Assembly: GCF_009914755.1 (NCBI RefSeq)
Contig: NC_060948.1
Reading direction: 5' to 3' (one strand)
Length of the DNA stretch: 64,000 nt
Source of the DNA: the human T2T-CHM13v2.0 reference genome, Homo sapiens
A program made the position numbers and the translations under genes. The notes under the pieces were generated by a model. That model ran no database searches and was not told the DNA's origin. It saw nothing but the letters and a program-made list of their open reading frames with translations. The number at the start of each line of letters is the position of its first letter. The first letter of the stretch is position 1. This document shows positions 12,690 through 28,400 of the stretch, piece by piece.

Positions 12690-15600
12690 TCAACCATGGA
12701 ATCGAAAGGAATGTGGTAAAGTGGAGTGGAGTGGAGTGTTATGGAGTGGAATGGAATGGGGTGACATGGAATTGAATACAGTGGAGAGGAGTGGAGTGGA
12801 TTGGGTTAGAGTGGAATGGAAAGGGAAGGAATGGAACTGAATGGAGTGGAGTGGAATGGAGTGGAATGGAATGGAATGGAATGGAATGGAATGGAATGGA
12901 ATGGAGTGGAATGGAATCGAATCACATGGAACTGAATCAAATCGAATTGAATGAAATTGAATGGAGAAAATGGAGTCAAATGGAATCAAATCGAATGGAT
13001 TCGAATGACATTGAATGGAATGGAAAGGAATGCAGTGAGGTGGAGTTGAGTGGAATGGAGTGGAATGGAATGGGATGAATGGAATTGAATGGAGTGGAGT
13101 GGAATGGAATGGAAAGGAAAGGAAAGGAATTGAATTGAACAAAATGGAGTGGAGTAGAATGGAGTGGATTGGTGTGGAGTGCAGGGGAGTGCAGTGGAAT
13201 GAAGAGGAGTGTAGTTGAATGGAATGGAATGGTATGGAACGTACTGGAATGGAATGGATAAGAGTGGAATGGAATGGAATCGCATGGAATTGAATAGAAT
13301 CAAATCGAATTGAATAGAAACAAATGGAAAAAATGGAGTCAAATGGAATCGAATGGCATAGAATCGAACGGTTTTGAATGGCAGTGAATGCAAACGAATG
13401 GAATGCGATGAAGTGGAGCGGACTGGATTGGAAAGGAGTGCAATGGAATAGGGCGGAACTGAATTTAATGGAGCAGAGTGGATTGGAGTGGACTGGAGTG
13501 TAAAGGAATGGAAGGAATGGGATTGAAAGGAGTGGCGTGCAGTGGATTGGAGTGGCATGGAGTGGAGTGGAGTGGAATGGAGTGGAATGGAATGGAGTGG
13601 AATGGAGTGGATTGGAATGGAATGGAGTGCAGAGGAATGGAATGGAATGGTATAGAGTGGACAGGAAAGGAGTGGAGTGGATTGGAATGGAATGGAATGG
13701 AAAGGAATGGAACTGAATGGACTGGAATGGAATGGAATAGAATGGAATTGCAGGGAATCAAATTGGATTGAATCGAATCGAATGGAAAAAGTGAAATCAA
13801 ATGAAATTGAATGGAATCGAATTGAATGTAAAAAATGGAATCCAATGGAATCAAATGGAATTCAATCAAATGGTTAGGAATGGTGAAAAATGAAATCGCA
13901 TGGAAGGCAGTGAATTGGAGTGGAGTGGAATAGAGAGGAATGAATTGGAATGTAGTGAAGTGGAATGGAGTGGATTCCAGTGGAGTGGAGTGGATTGGAT
14001 TGGAATGGAATGGAATAGATTAGATTGGAGTGGTGCAGAGTGGACTGGACTGGAATGGAGAGGAATGGAGTGGAGTGAAGTCGAGTTGAGTGGAATGGAA
14101 TGGAGTGGAGCAGAGTGGAATGCAAAAGAATGAAGTGGATTGGTATGGAATGGAATGGCGTGGAATGGAGTGGAATAGAATGGAATGGAATCGCATGGAA
14201 GGATATCAAATCAAATGGAATCGAACGGAAAATTATGAATCCAATGGAATCGAAAGGATTCTAAAGGAATGGATTCGAAAGGCATTGAATGGAATGGAAA
14301 GGAATGCAGTGAAGTGGAGTGGAGTGGAGTGGATTGTTTTAGAGTGAAATGGGTTGGATTGGAACTCTATGGGGTGGAGTGGAGCGAAGTGGATTGGATT
14401 GGAATGGAGTACAATGGACTGGAGTGGAGTCGAATGGATTGGAGTGGAGTGTAGTGGATCGGAGTGGAGTGCCGTGGAGTGGACTAGAGTGGGGTAGAGT
14501 GGAGTGCATTGGAGTGGAATGGGGTGGAGTGGGGTGGAATGGAATGGAATGGCATCAAATCGCATGGTAATGAATCAAATGGAATCAAATGGAACGGAAA
14601 TAATGGAATCGAAGACAAACGAATGGAATCGAATTGCACTGATTCTACTGACTTGGAAGAAAATGAAATGAAATGCGGTGAAGTGGAGTGGAGTGGAATG
14701 TATTAGGGTGGAATGGAATTGAATGGTGTGGAGTGGGGTGGAGTGCCCAGGAGTGGAATGGGAAGAAATGGGATTGAACGGAGTGGAGTGGAGTGGAATG
14801 GAGGGTAATGGAGTGGAATGGAGTGGAGTGGAGTAGAGTGGAATGGGTTGGAGTGGAATGCAGAGGACAGGAGTGGAGTGCGGTGGACTGGAGTGGAGTG
14901 GAGTTGAGTGGAGTGGATTGGATTGAAATAGAGCGGAGCAGAGTGGAATGGAATTGAATCACATGGTATTGAATCAAATCGAATGGAATTAAATCGAATG
15001 AAAAAATGGAATCAAAAGCAAACGAATGGAGTCAAACCACATTGGTTAGACTGACATCGAATAATATCAAAAGCAATGTGGTGAAGTGGAGTAGAGTGTA
15101 ATGAAATGGGGTGGAATGAAATTGAATGGAGTGGAGTGGAGTCTACTGGAGTGGAATGGAATGGAAAGGAAAGGAATGGAATAGAATGGAGTGAAGTGCA
15201 GTGCATTGAAATGGAGTGGAAAGGAATGGAATGGAATGGAATCAAATGGAATCGAAGTGAATCGAATCTAATGAAATTGAATGGAAAAAATGGAATGAGT
15301 AGAATCGAAAAAGATGGATTCAAATGGCAACAAATAGAATTGAATGGAATGCGGTGAGGTGGAGGGGATTGGAATGGAGTTGAATGGAATGGGGTGTAAT
15401 TGAATTGAATGGAGTGGATTGGATTGGAGTGGACTGGAGTGGAATGGAATGGCATGGGCAGGAATGGAATTGAAAGGGTTGAAGTGGAATTGAGTGGTGT
15501 GGATCGGAGTAGACTGCATTGTAGTGGATTGGAGTGGAAAGAAGTGGAGTGGAATGGAATGGAATGCAATGGAGTGGAGTGGAATGGAGTGGAATGGAGA

Positions 15601-18600
15601 GTAATGGAGTGGAGTGGACTGGAGCGGAGTGGAGTGTAGTGCATTGGACTGTAGGGGATTGAAGTGGCTTGGAGTACAATGGAGTGGAGTGGAATGGAAT
15701 GGAATGGAGTGGAATGCACTGGAATGAATTGGAATGAAATGGATTGGAATCGCATGGAATCGAATAGAATCGAATCATATAGAATTGAGTGAAATCGAAT
15801 GGAAAAAAGAAATCGAAAGAAATTAAAAGGAATGAATCGAATGGAGTTGAATGTCATCCAGTGGAATTGAAAGGAATGCGGTAAAGTGGAGTGGAGTGGA
15901 TTTAAATGGAGTGGAATGGAATGGGGAGACATGGAATTGAATAGAGTGGAGTGGAGTGGATTGGACTGGAGTGGAATGGAATGGAATGGGAAGGAATGGA
16001 ACTGAACGGAGTGGAGTGGAGTGGAGTGGAATGGAGTAGAATGTAATGGAGTGGAATGGAATCGAATCCCTTGGAATTGAATGAAATCGAATCGAATGAA
16101 ATCAGATGGAAAAAATGGAATCAAATGGAATCAAATCAAATGAATTCGAAAGGCATTGAAAGGAATCGAATTGAATGCGGTGAGGTGGAGTTGAGTTGAA
16201 TGAAGTGGAATGGAATGATGTGTAATGGAATTGAATGGAGTGGAGAGGAGTGGAATGGAATGGAATGGAAAGAATGGAAATGAACAAAGTGGAGTGGAGT
16301 GGAATGGAGTGGATTGGAGTGCAGTGAAGCGGAGTGAAGTGCAATGAAGAGGAATGGCGTGGAGAGGAATGGAATGGAATGTTATGGAATGTACTGGAAT
16401 GGAATGGATAAGAATGGAATGGAATGGAATCACATGGAATACAATAGAACTGAATGGAATTCAATGGAATCAAATGGGAAAAATGGAGTCGAAAGGAATC
16501 GAATGGAATTGAATCGAATGGTTTTAAATGGTGGTGAATGGAAACACAAGGAAGGCGATGAAGTGGAGTGGAGTGGAATGGAAAGGAGTGCCATGGAATG
16601 GGGTAAAATTGAATTTAATGCAATGGAGTGGATTGGAGTGGACTGGAGTGGAATGGGAAGGAATGGGAAGGAATGGAATTGAAAGGAGTCGAGTAGAGTG
16701 GAATGGAGTGGAGTGGAATGGAGTGGCAAGAAAAGGAGTGGAATGGAGTGGATTGAAATGGAGTTGAATGCAGAGGAATGGAATGGAATGGAATAGAGTA
16801 GACAGGAATGGAGTGGAGTGGGTTGGAATGGAATTGACTGGAGAGGAATGGAAGATAATGCACTGGACTGGACTGGAATGTAATGGAATCGCAGGGAATG
16901 GAATCGAATCGAACTGAATAGAATCAAATGGAAAAATGGAATCAAATGGAATCGAATGGAATTGGATTGAATGTAAAAAATGGAATCAAATTGAATGGAA
17001 TCGAATGGTTTTGAATGGCATCAAATGAAATCGAATGGAAAGTAGTGAATTGGAGTGGAGTGGAATGGAGAGGAATGCATTGGAATGGAGTTCCATGGAG
17101 TGGAGTGGAATGGAGTGGATTAGAGTGGAGTGGAGTGGATAGGATTGGAATGGAATGGAATGGATTTGTAGTGGAGTGGTGCAGATTGGAGTGGACTGGA
17201 ATGGAGAGGAATGGAGTGGAGTGAAGTCGAGTTGAGTGGAATGGAATGAAGTGGAGTGGAGTGGAATGCAGTGGAATGCAGTAGAATGAAGTGGATTGGA
17301 ATGGAATGGAATGGCGTGGAATGGAGTGGAATGGAATGGAATGGAGTGGAATGGAATGGAATGGAATAGCATGGAATGAAATCGAATCAAATCGAATGCA
17401 AGGGAAAATTATGAATCAAATGTAATCGAATGGATTCCAAATGAGTGGATTCGAATGGCATTGCATGGAGTGGAAAGGAACGCGGTGAAGTGGAGTGGAG
17501 TGGAATGTATTGGATTGGAATGGGGTGGATTGGAATTCTATGGAGTGGAGAGGAGTGAAGTGGATTGGAGTGGAATGGAGTGGAATGAACTGGAGTAGAG
17601 TGGAATGGATTGGAGTGGAGTGTAGTGGAATGGAGTGGAGTGGTGTGGAGTGGAGTAGAGTGGGTTGGGGTGGAGTGGATTGGAGTAGAATAGAGTGGAG
17701 TGGAGTGTAATGGAATGGAATGGAATCAAATCACATGGTAACGAATCAAATCGAATGGAAAAAAATGGAATTGAATGCAAACGAATGGAATGGAATTGCA
17801 CTGATTCTACTGAGTTCGAATAAAATCAAATGAAATGCGGTGAAGTGGAATGGAGTGGAATGAAATGGGTTGGAAACTAATTCAATGGTGTGGAGAGGAG
17901 TGGAGTGTCCTGGAGTGGAATGGAATGGAATGGAATGGGAAGGAGAGGAATTTTACGGAGTGGAGTGGAATGGAGCGGACTAGAGTGTAATGGAGTGGAG
18001 TGGAGTGGAATGGGTTGGAGCGGAGTGCAGTGGACAGGAGTGGAGTGCGTGGACTGGAGTGGAGTGGAGTGGATTGCAGTGGAAAAGAGTGGAGCGGAGT
18101 GGAATGGAATGGAATGTAATGGAATCGCATGGTATTGAATCAAATCCAACTGAATTAAATCGAATGGAAAAAATGGAATCGAATTCCAACAAATGGAATC
18201 GAATCGCGTCGTTTCGACTGACATTGAATAAAATGAAAAGAAATGCGTTGAAGTGGAGTGGAGTGGAATGAAATGGGGTGGAATGGAATTGAATGGAGTT
18301 GATTGGAGTGGAGTCGACTGGAGTGGAACGGAATGGAATGGGAAGGAATGGAATTAAATGGAGTGGAGCGCAGTACAGTGAAATGGAGTGGAATGGTATG
18401 GAATGGAATGGAAGGGAATTGCATGGAATTGAATCGAATCGAATCTAATGTAATTGAACGGAAAAAAATGGAACTGAATAGAATCGAAAACAATGGATTC
18501 GACTGGCATCTAATAGAATGAAATGGAATGTGGTGAGGTGGAGTGGATTGTAATGGAGTTGAATGGAATGGGGTGTAATTGAATTGAATGGAGTGGAGTG

Positions 18601-19042
18601 GAGTGAACTGGAGTGGAATGGAATGGAATGGGCAGGCATGGAATTGAAAGGCGTGGAGTGGAGTGGAATTGAGAGGAGTGGAATGGAGTAGGGTGGATTG
18701 TAGTGGAGAGTATCGGAAAAGAGTGGAGTGGAATGGAACGGAATGGAGTGGAGTGGAATGGAATGGAATTGAGTAAAGAGGAGTGGAATGGAGAGTAATG
18801 GAGTGGAGTGGACTGGAGTGGAGTAGATTGCAGTGCATTTTACTGTAGGGGATAGAAGTGGCTTGGAGAGCAATGGAGTGGAGTGGAATGGAATGGAGTG
18901 GAATGGACTGGAACGGAATGGAATGGAATGGATTAAAAAGGCAGAGAATCAAATCGAATTGAATCATATGGAATCAAGTCGAATCGACTGGAGGAAAGAA
19001 ATCCAATGAAATCGAATGGAATGAATTGAATGGAGTCGAATG
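12690..19042 (+). repeat. 6.36-kb HOR copy 2 (A2 12690-15853, B2 15854-19042)
   Basis: Positions of the A and B markers; length 6353 bp. Confidence 0.9.
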
Positions 19043-22000
19043 TCAACCATGGAATCGAAAGGAATGTGGTAAAGTGGAGTGGAGTGGAGTGTTATGGAGT
19101 GGAATGGAATGGGGTGACATGGAATTGAATACAGTGGAGAGGAGTGGAGTGGATTGGGTTAGAGTGGAATGGAAAGGGAAGGAATGGAACTGAATGGAGT
19201 GGAGTGGAATGGAGTGGAATGGAATGGAATGGAATGGAATGGAATGGAATGGAATGGAGTGGAATGGAATCGAATCACATGGAACTGAATCAAATCGAAT
19301 TGAATGAAATTGAATGGAGAAAATGGAGTCAAATGGAATCAAATCGAATGGATTCGAATGACATTGAATGGAATCGAAAGGAATGCAGTGAGGTGGAGTT
19401 GAGTGGAATGGAGTGGAATGGAATGGGATGAATGGAATTGAATGGAGTGGAGTGGAATGGAATGGAAAGGAAAGGAAAGGAATTGAATTGAACAAAATGG
19501 AGTGGATTAGAATGGAGTGGATTGGTGTGGAGTGCAGGGGAGTGCAGTGGAATGAAGAGGAGTGTAGTTGAATGGAATGGAATGGTATGGAACGTACTGG
19601 AATGGAATGGATAAGAGTGGAATGGAATGGAATCGCATGGAATTGAATAGAATCAAATCGAATTGAATAGAAACAAATGGAAAAAATGGAGTCAAATGGA
19701 ATCGAATGGCATAGAATCGAACGGTTTTGAATGGCAGTGAATGCAAACGAATGGAATGCGATGAAGTGGAGCGGACTGGATAGGAAAGGATTACAATGGA
19801 ATAGGGCGGAACTGAATTTAATGGAGCAGAGTGGATTGGAGTGGACTGGAGTGTAAAAGAATGGGAAGGAATGGGATTGAAAGGAGTGGCGTGCAGTGGA
19901 TTGGAGTGGCATGGAGTGGAGTGGAGTGGAATGGAGTGGAATGGAATGGAGTGGAATGGAGTGGATTAGAATGGAATGGAGTGCAGAGGAATGGAATGGA
20001 ATGGTATAGAGTGGACAGGAAAGGAGTGGAGTGGATTGGAATGGAATGGAATGGAAAGGAACGGAACTGAATGGACTGGAATGGAATGGAATAGAATGGA
20101 ATTGCAGGGAATCAAATTGGATTGAATCGAATCGAATGGAAAAAGTGAAATCAAATCAAATTGAATGGAATCGAATTGAATGTAAAAAATGGAATCCAAT
20201 GGAATCAAATGGAATTCAATCAAATGGTTTGGAATGGTGAAAAATGAAATCGCATGGAAGGCAGTGAATTGGAGTGGAGTGGAATAGAGAGGAATGAATT
20301 GTAATGGAGTGAAGTGGAATGTAGTGGATTCCAGTGGAGTGGAGTGGATTGGATTGGATTGGAATGGAATAGATTGGATTGGAGTGGTGCAGAGTGGACT
20401 GGACTGGAGTGGAGAGGAATGGAGTGGAGTGAAGTCGAGTTGAGTGGAATGGAATGGAGTGGAGCAGAGTGGAATGCAAAACAATGAAGTGGATTGGTAT
20501 TGAATGGAATGGCATGGAATGGAGTGGAATAGAATGGAATGGAATCGCATGGAAGGATATCAAATCAAATGGAATCGAACGGAAAATTATGAGTCCAATG
20601 GAATAGAAAGGATTCTAAAGGAATGGATTCGGAAGGCATTGAATGGAATGGAAAGGAATGCAGTGAAGTGGAGTGGAGTGGAGTGGATTGTTTTAGAGTG
20701 AAATGGGTTGGATTGGAACTCTATGGGGTGGAGTGGAGCGAAGTGGATTGGATTGGAATGGAGTGCAATGGACTGGAGTGGAGTGGAATGGATTGGAGTG
20801 GAGTGTAGTGGATCGGAGTGGAGTGCCGTGTAGTGGACTAGAGTGGGGTGGAGTGGAGTGCTTTGGAGTGGAATGGGGTGGAGTGGGGTGGAATGGAATG
20901 GAATGGCATCAAATCGCATGGTAATGAATCAAATGGAATCAAATGGAACGGAAATAATGGAATCGAAGGCAAACGAATGGAATCGATTGCACTGATTCTA
21001 CTGACTTCGAAGAAAATGAAATGAAATGCGGTGAAGTGGAGTGGAGTGGAATGTATTAGGGTGGAATGGAATTGAATGGTGTGGAGTGGGGTGGAGTGCC
21101 CAGGAGTGGAATGGGAAGAAATGGGATTGAACGGAGTGGAGTGGAGTGGAATGGAGGGTAATGGAGTGGAATGGAGTGGAGTGGAGTAGAGTGGAATGGG
21201 TTGGAGTGGAATGCAGAGGACAGGAGTGGAGTGCGGTGGACTGGAGTGGAGTGGAGTTGAGTGGAGTGGATTGGATTGAAATAGAGCGGAGCAGAGTGGA
21301 GTGGAATTGAATCACATGGTATTCAATCAAATCGAATGGAATTAAATCGAATGAAAAAATGGAATCAAAAGCAAACGAATGGAGTCAAACCACATTGGTT
21401 AGACTGACATCAAATAATATCAAAAGAAATGTGGTGAAGTGGAGTGGAGTGTAATGAAATGGGGTGGAATGAAATTGAATGGAGTGGAGTGGAGTCTACT
21501 GGAGTGGAATGGAATGGAAAGGAAAGGAATGGAATAGAATGGAGTGAAGTGCAGTGCATTGAAATGGAGTGGAAAGGAATGGAATGGAATGGAATGGAAT
21601 GGAATCAAATGGATTCGAAGTGAATCGAATCTAATGAAATTGAACGGAAAAAATGGAATGAGTAGAATCGAAAAAGATGGATTCAAATGGCAACAAATAG
21701 AATTGAATGGAATGCGGTGAGGTGGAGGGGATTGGAATGGAGTTGAATGGAATGGGTTGTAATTGAATTGAGTGGAGTGGATTGGATTGGAGTGGACTGG
21801 AGTGGAATGGAATGGCATGGGCAGGAATGGAATTGAAAGGGTTGAAGTGGAATTGAGTGGTGTGGATCGGAGTAGACTGCATTGTAGTGGATTGGAGTGG
21901 AAAGAAGTGGAGTGGAATGGAATGGAATGCAATGGAGTGGAGTGGAATGGAGTGGAATGGAGAGTAATGGAGTGGAGTGGACTGGAGCGGAGTGGAGTAT

Positions 22001-25000
22001 AGTGCATTGGACTGTAGGGGATTGAAGTGGCTTGGAGTGCAATGGAGTGGAGTGGAATGGAATGGAATGGAGTGGAATGCACTGGAATGAATTGGAATGA
22101 AATGGATTGGAATCGCATGGAATCGAATAGAATCGAATCATATAGAATTGAGTGAAATCGAATGGAAAAAAGAAATCGAAAGAAATTAAAAGGAATGAAT
22201 CGAATGGAGTTGAATGTCATCCAGTGGAATTGAAAGGAATGCGGTAAAGTGGAGTGGAGTGGATTTAAATGGAGTGGAATGGAATGGGGAGACATGGAAT
22301 TGAATAGAGTGGAGTGGAGTGGATTGGACTGGAGTGGAATGGAATGGAATGGGAAGGAATGGAACTGAACGGAGTGGAGTGGAGTGGAGTGGAATGGAGT
22401 AGAATGTAATGGAGTGGAATGGAATCGAATCCCTTGGAATTGAATGAAATCGAATCGAATGAAATCAGATGGAAAAAATGGAATCAAATGGAATCAAATC
22501 AAATGAATTCGAAAGGCATTGAAAGGAATCGAATTGAATGCGGTGAGGTGGAGTTGAGTTGAATGAAGTGGAATGGAATGATGTGTAATGGAATTGAATG
22601 GAGTGGAGAGGAGTGGAATGGAATGGAATGGAAAGAATGGAAATGAACAAAGTGGAGTGGAGTGGAATGGAGTGGATTGGAGTGCAGTGAAGCGGAGTGA
22701 AGTGCAATGAAGAGGAATGGCGTGGAGAGGAATGGAATGGAATGTTATGGAATGTACTGGAATGGAATGGATAAGAATGGAATGGAATGGAATCACATGG
22801 AATACAATAGAACTGAATGGAATTCAATGGAATCAAATGGGAAAAATGGAGTCGAAAGGAATCGAATGGAATTGAATCGAATGGTTTTAAATGGTGGTGA
22901 ATGGAAACACAAGGAAGGCGATGAAGTGGAGTGGAGTGGAATGGAAAGGAGTGCAATGGAATGGGGTAAAATTGAATGTAATGCAATGGAGTGGATTGGA
23001 GTGGACTGGAGTGGAATGGGAAGGAATGGGAAGGAATGGAATTGAAAGGAGTTGAGTAGAGTGGAATGGAGTGGAGTGCAGTGGAATGGAGTGGCAAGAA
23101 AAGGAGTGGAATGGAGTGGATTGAAATGGAGTTGAATGCAGAGGAATGGAATGGAATGGAATAGAGTAGACAGGAATGGAGTGGAGTGGGTTGGAATGGA
23201 ATGCACTGGAGAGGAATGGAAGATAATGGACTGGACTGGACTGGAATGTAATGGAATCGCAGGGAATGGAATCGAATCGAACTGAATAGAATCAAATGGA
23301 AAAATGGAATCAAATGGAATCGAATGGAATTGGATTGAATGTAAAAAATGGAATCAAATGGAATGGAATCGAATGGTTTTGAATGGCATCAAATGAAATC
23401 GAATGGAAAGTAGTGAATTGGAGTGGAGTGGAATGGAGAGGAATGCATTGGAATGGAGTTCAATGGAGTGGAGTGGAATGGAGTGGATTAGAGTGGAGTG
23501 GATAGGATTGGAATGGAATGGAATGGATTTGCAGTGGAGTGGTGCAGAGTGGAGTGGACTGGAGTGGAGAGGAATGGAGTGGAGTGAAGTCGAGTTGAGT
23601 GGAATGGAATGAAGTGGAGTGGAGTGGAATGCAGTGGAATGCAGTAGAATGAAGTGGATTGGAATGGAATGGAATGGCGTGGAATGGAGTGGAATGGAAT
23701 GGAATGGAGTGGAATGGAATGGAATGGAATAGCATGGAATGAAATCGAATCAAATCGAATGCAAGGGAAAATTATGAATCAAATGTAATCGAATGGATTC
23801 CAAATGAGTGGATTCGAATGGCATTGCATGGAGTGGAAAGGAATGCGGTGAAGTGGAGTGGAGTGGAATGTATTGGATTGGAATGGGGTGGATTGGAATT
23901 CTATGGAGTGGAGTGGAGTGAAGTGGATTGGAGTGGAATGGAGTGGAATGAACTGGAGTAGAGTGGAATGGATTGGAGTGGAGTGTAGTGGAATGGAGTG
24001 GAGTGGTGTGGAGTGGAGTAGAGTGGGTTGGGGTGGAGTGGATTGGAGTAGAATAGAGTGGAGTGGAGTGTAATGTAATGGAATGGAATCAAATCACATG
24101 GTAACGAATCAAATCGAATGGAAAAAATGGAATTGAATGCAAACGAATGGAATGGAATCGCACTGATTCTACTGAGTTCGAATAAAATCAAATGAAATGC
24201 GGTGAAGTGGAATGGAGTGGAATGAAATGGGTTGGAAAGGAATTCAATGGTGTGTAGAGGAGTGGAGTGTCCTGGAGTGGAATGGAATGGAATGGAATGG
24301 GAAGGAGAGGAATTTTACGGAGTGGAGTGGAATGGAGCGGACTAGAGTGTAATGGAGTGGAGTGGAGTGGAATGGGTTGGAGTGGAGTGCAGTGGACAGG
24401 AGTGGAGTGCCGTGGACTGGAGTGGAGTGGATTGGATTGCAGTGGAAAAGAGTGGAGCGGAGTGGAATGGAATGGAATGTAATGGAATCGCATGGTATTG
24501 AATCAAATCCAACTGAATTAAATCGAATGGAAAAAATGGAATCGAATTCCAACAAATGGAATCGAATCGCGTCGTTTCGACTGACATTGAATAAAATCAA
24601 AAGAAATGCGTTGAAGTGGAGTGGAGTGGAATGAAATGGGGTGGAATGGAATTGAATGGAGTTGATTGGAGTGGAGTCGACTGGAGTGGAACGGAATGGA
24701 ATGGGAAGGAATGGAATTAAATGGAGTGGAGTGCAGTACAGTGAAATGGAGTGGAATGGTATGGAATGGAAAGGAAGGGAATTGCATGGAATTGAATCGA
24801 ATCGAATCTAATGTAATTGAACGGAAAAAAATGGAACTGAATAGAATCAAAAACAATGGATTCGACTGGCATCTAATAGAATGAAATGGAATGCGGTGAG
24901 GTGGAGGGGATTGGAATGGAGTTGAATGGAATGGGGTGTAATTGAATTGAATGGAGTGGAGTGGAGTGAACTGGAGTGGAATGGAATGGAATGGGCAGGC

Positions 25001-25410
25001 ATGGAATTGAAAGGCGTGGAGTGGAGTGGAATTGAGAGGAGTGGAATGGAGTAGGGTGGATTGTAGTGGAGAGTATTGGAAAAGAGTGGAGTGGAATGGA
25101 ACGGAATGGAGTGGAGTGGAATGGAATGGAATTGAGTAAAGAGGAGTGGAATGGAGAGTAATGGAGTGGAGTGGACTGGAGTGGAGTAGATTGCAGTGCA
25201 TTTTACTGTAGGGGATAGAAGTGGCTTGGAGTGCAATGGAGTGGAGTGGAATGGAATGGAATGGAGTGGAATGGACTGGAACGGAATGGAATGGAATGGA
25301 TTTAAAAGGCAGGGAATCAAATCGAATTGAATCATATGGAATCAAGTCGAATCGACTGGAGGAAAGAAATCCAATGAAATCGAATGGAATGAATTGAATG
25401 GAGTCGAATG
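19043..25410 (+). repeat. 6.36-kb HOR copy 3 (A3 19043-22216, B3 22217-25410)
   Basis: Positions of the A and B markers; length 6368 bp. Confidence 0.9.
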
Positions 25411-28400
25411 TCAACCATGGAATCGAAAGGAATGTGGTAAAGTGGAGTGGAGTGGAGTGTTATGGAGTGGAATGGAATGGGGTGACATGGAATTGAATAC
25501 AGTGGAGAGGAGTGGAGTGGATTGGGTTAGAGTGGAATGGAAAGGGAAGGAATGGAACTGAATGGAGTGGAGTGGAATGGAGTGGAATGGAATGGAATGG
25601 AATGGAATGGAATGGAATGGAATGGAGTGGAATGGAATCGAATCACATGGAACTGAATCAAATCGAATTGAATGAAATTGAATGGAGAAAATGGAGTCAA
25701 ATGGAATCAAATCGAATGGATTCGAATGACATTGAATGGAATGGAAAGGAATGCAGTGAGGTGGAGTTGAGTGGAATGGAGTGGAATGGAATGGGATGAA
25801 TGGAATTGAATGGAGTGGAGTAGAATGGAATGGAAAGGAAACGAAAGGAATTGAATTGAACAAAATGGAGTGGAGTAGAATGGAGTGGATTGGTGTGGAG
25901 TGCAGGGGAGTGCAGTGGAATGAAGAGGAGTGTAGTTGAATGGAATGGAATGGTATGGAACGTACTGGAATGGAATGGATAAGAGTGGAATGGAATGGAA
26001 TCGCATGGAATTGAATAGAATCAAATCGAATTGAATAGAAACAAATGGAAAAAATGGAGTCAAATGGAATCGAATGGCATAGAATCGAACGATTTTGAAT
26101 GGCAGTGAATGCAAACGAATGGAATGCGATGAAGTGGAGCGGACTGGATTGGAAAGGAGTGCAATGGAATAGGGCGGAACTGAATTTAATGGAGCAGAGT
26201 GGATTGGAGTGGACTGGAGTGTAAAGGAATGGGAAGGAATGTGATTGAAAGGAGTGGCGTGCAGTGGATTGGAGTGGCATGGAGTGGAGTGGAGTGGAAT
26301 GGAGTGGAATGGAATGGAGTTGAATGGAGTGGATTAGAATGGAATGGAGTGCAGAGGAATGGAATGGAATGGTATAGAGTGGACAGGAAAGGAGTGGAGT
26401 GGATTGGAATGGAATGGAATGGAAAGGAATGGAACTGAATGGACTGGAATGGAATGGAATAGAATGGAATTGCAGGGAATCAAATTGGATTGAATCGAAT
26501 CGAATGGAAAAAGTGAAATCAAATGAAATTGAATGGAATCGTATTGAATGTAAAAAATGGAATCCAATGGAATCAAATGGAATTCAATCAAATGGTTAGG
26601 AATGGTGAAAAATGAAATCGCATGGAAGGCAGTGAATTGGAGTGGAGTGGAATAGAGAGGAATGAATTGGAATGGAGTGAAGTGGAATGGAGTGGATTCC
26701 AGTGGAGTGGAGTGGATTGGATTGGAATGGAATGGAATAGATTAGATTGGAGTGGTGCAGAGTGGACTGGACTGGAGTGGAGAGGAATGGAGTGGAGTGA
26801 AGTCGAGTTGAGTGGAATGGAATGGAGTGGAGCAGAGTGGAATGCAAAAGAATGAAGTGGATTGGTATGGGATGGAATGGCGTGGAATGGAGTGGAATAG
26901 AATGGAATGGAATCGCATGGAAGGATATCAAATCAAATGGAATCGAACGGAAAATTATGAATCCAATGGAATCGAAAGGATTCTAAAGGAATGGATTCGA
27001 AAGGCATTGAATGGAATGGAAAGGAATGCAGTGAAGTGGAGTGGAGTGGAGTGGATTGTTTTAGAGTGAAATGGGTTGGATTGGAACTCTATGGGGTGGA
27101 GTGGAGCGAAGTGGATTGGATTGGAATGGAGTACAATGGACTGGAGTGGAGTCGAATGGATTGGAGTGGAGTGTAGTGGATCGGAGTGGAGTGCTGTGGA
27201 GTGGACTAGAGTGGGGTAGAGTGGAGTGCATTGGAGTGGAATGGGGTGGAGTGGGGTGGAATGGAATGGAATGGCATCAAATCGCATGGTAATGAATCAA
27301 ATGGAATCAAATGGAACGGAAATAATGGAATCGAAGACAAACGAATGGAATCGAATTGCACTGATTCTACTGACTTGGAAGAAAATGAAATGAAATGCGG
27401 TGAAGTGGAGTGGAGTGGAATGTATTAGGGTGGAATGGAATTGAATGGTGTGGAGTGGGGTGGAGTGCCCAGGAGTGGAATGGGAAGAAATGGGATTGAA
27501 CGGAGTGGAGTGGAGTGGAATGGAGGGTAATGGAGTGGAATGGAGTGGAGTGGAGTAGAGTGGAATGGGTTGGAGTGGAATGCAGAGGACAGGAGTGGAG
27601 TGCGGTGGACTGGAGTGGAGTGGAGTTGAGTGGAGTGGATTGGATTGAAATAGAGTGGAGCAGAGTGGAATGGAATTGAATCACATGGTATTGAATCAAA
27701 TCGAATGGAATTAAATCGAATGAAAAAATGGAATCAAAAGCAAACGAATGGAGTCAAACCACATTGGTTAGACTGACATCGAATAATATCAAAAGCAATG
27801 TGGTGAAGTGGAGTGGAGTGTAATGAAATGGGGTGGAATGAAATTGAATGGAGTGGAGTGGAGTGGAGTCTACTGGAGTGGAATGGAATGGAAAGGAAAG
27901 GAATGGAATAGAATGGAGTGAAGTACAGTGCATTGAAATGGAGTGGAATGGAATGGAATGGAATGGAATCAAATGGAATCGAAGTGAATCGAATCTAATG
28001 AAATTGAACGGAAAAAATGGAATGAGTAGAATCGAAAAAGATAGATTCAAATGGCAACAAGTAGAATTGAATGGAATGCGGTGAGGTGGAGGGGATTGGA
28101 ATGGAGTTGAATGGAATGGGGTGTAATTGAATTGAATGGAGTGGATTGGATTGGAGTGGACTGGAGTGGAATGGAATGGCATGGGCAGGAATGGAATTGA
28201 AAGGGTTGAAGTGGAATTGAGTGGTGTGGATCGGAGTAGACTGCATTGTAGTGGATTGGAGTGGAAAGAAGTGGAGTGGAAGGGAATGGAATGCAATGGA
28301 GTGGAGTGGAATGGAGTGGAATGGAGAGTAATGGAGTGGAGTGGACTGGAGCGGAGTGGGGTGTAGTGCATTGGACTGTAGGGATTTGAAGTGGCTTGGA

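Noticed and set aside
14488-14540. G-runs (GTGGGGTAG…GGGGTGGAGTGGGGTGG) as a G-quadruplex candidate
   Set aside because: Only three long G tracts with long loops. The ubiquitous GG dinucleotides are a generic property of the satellite.
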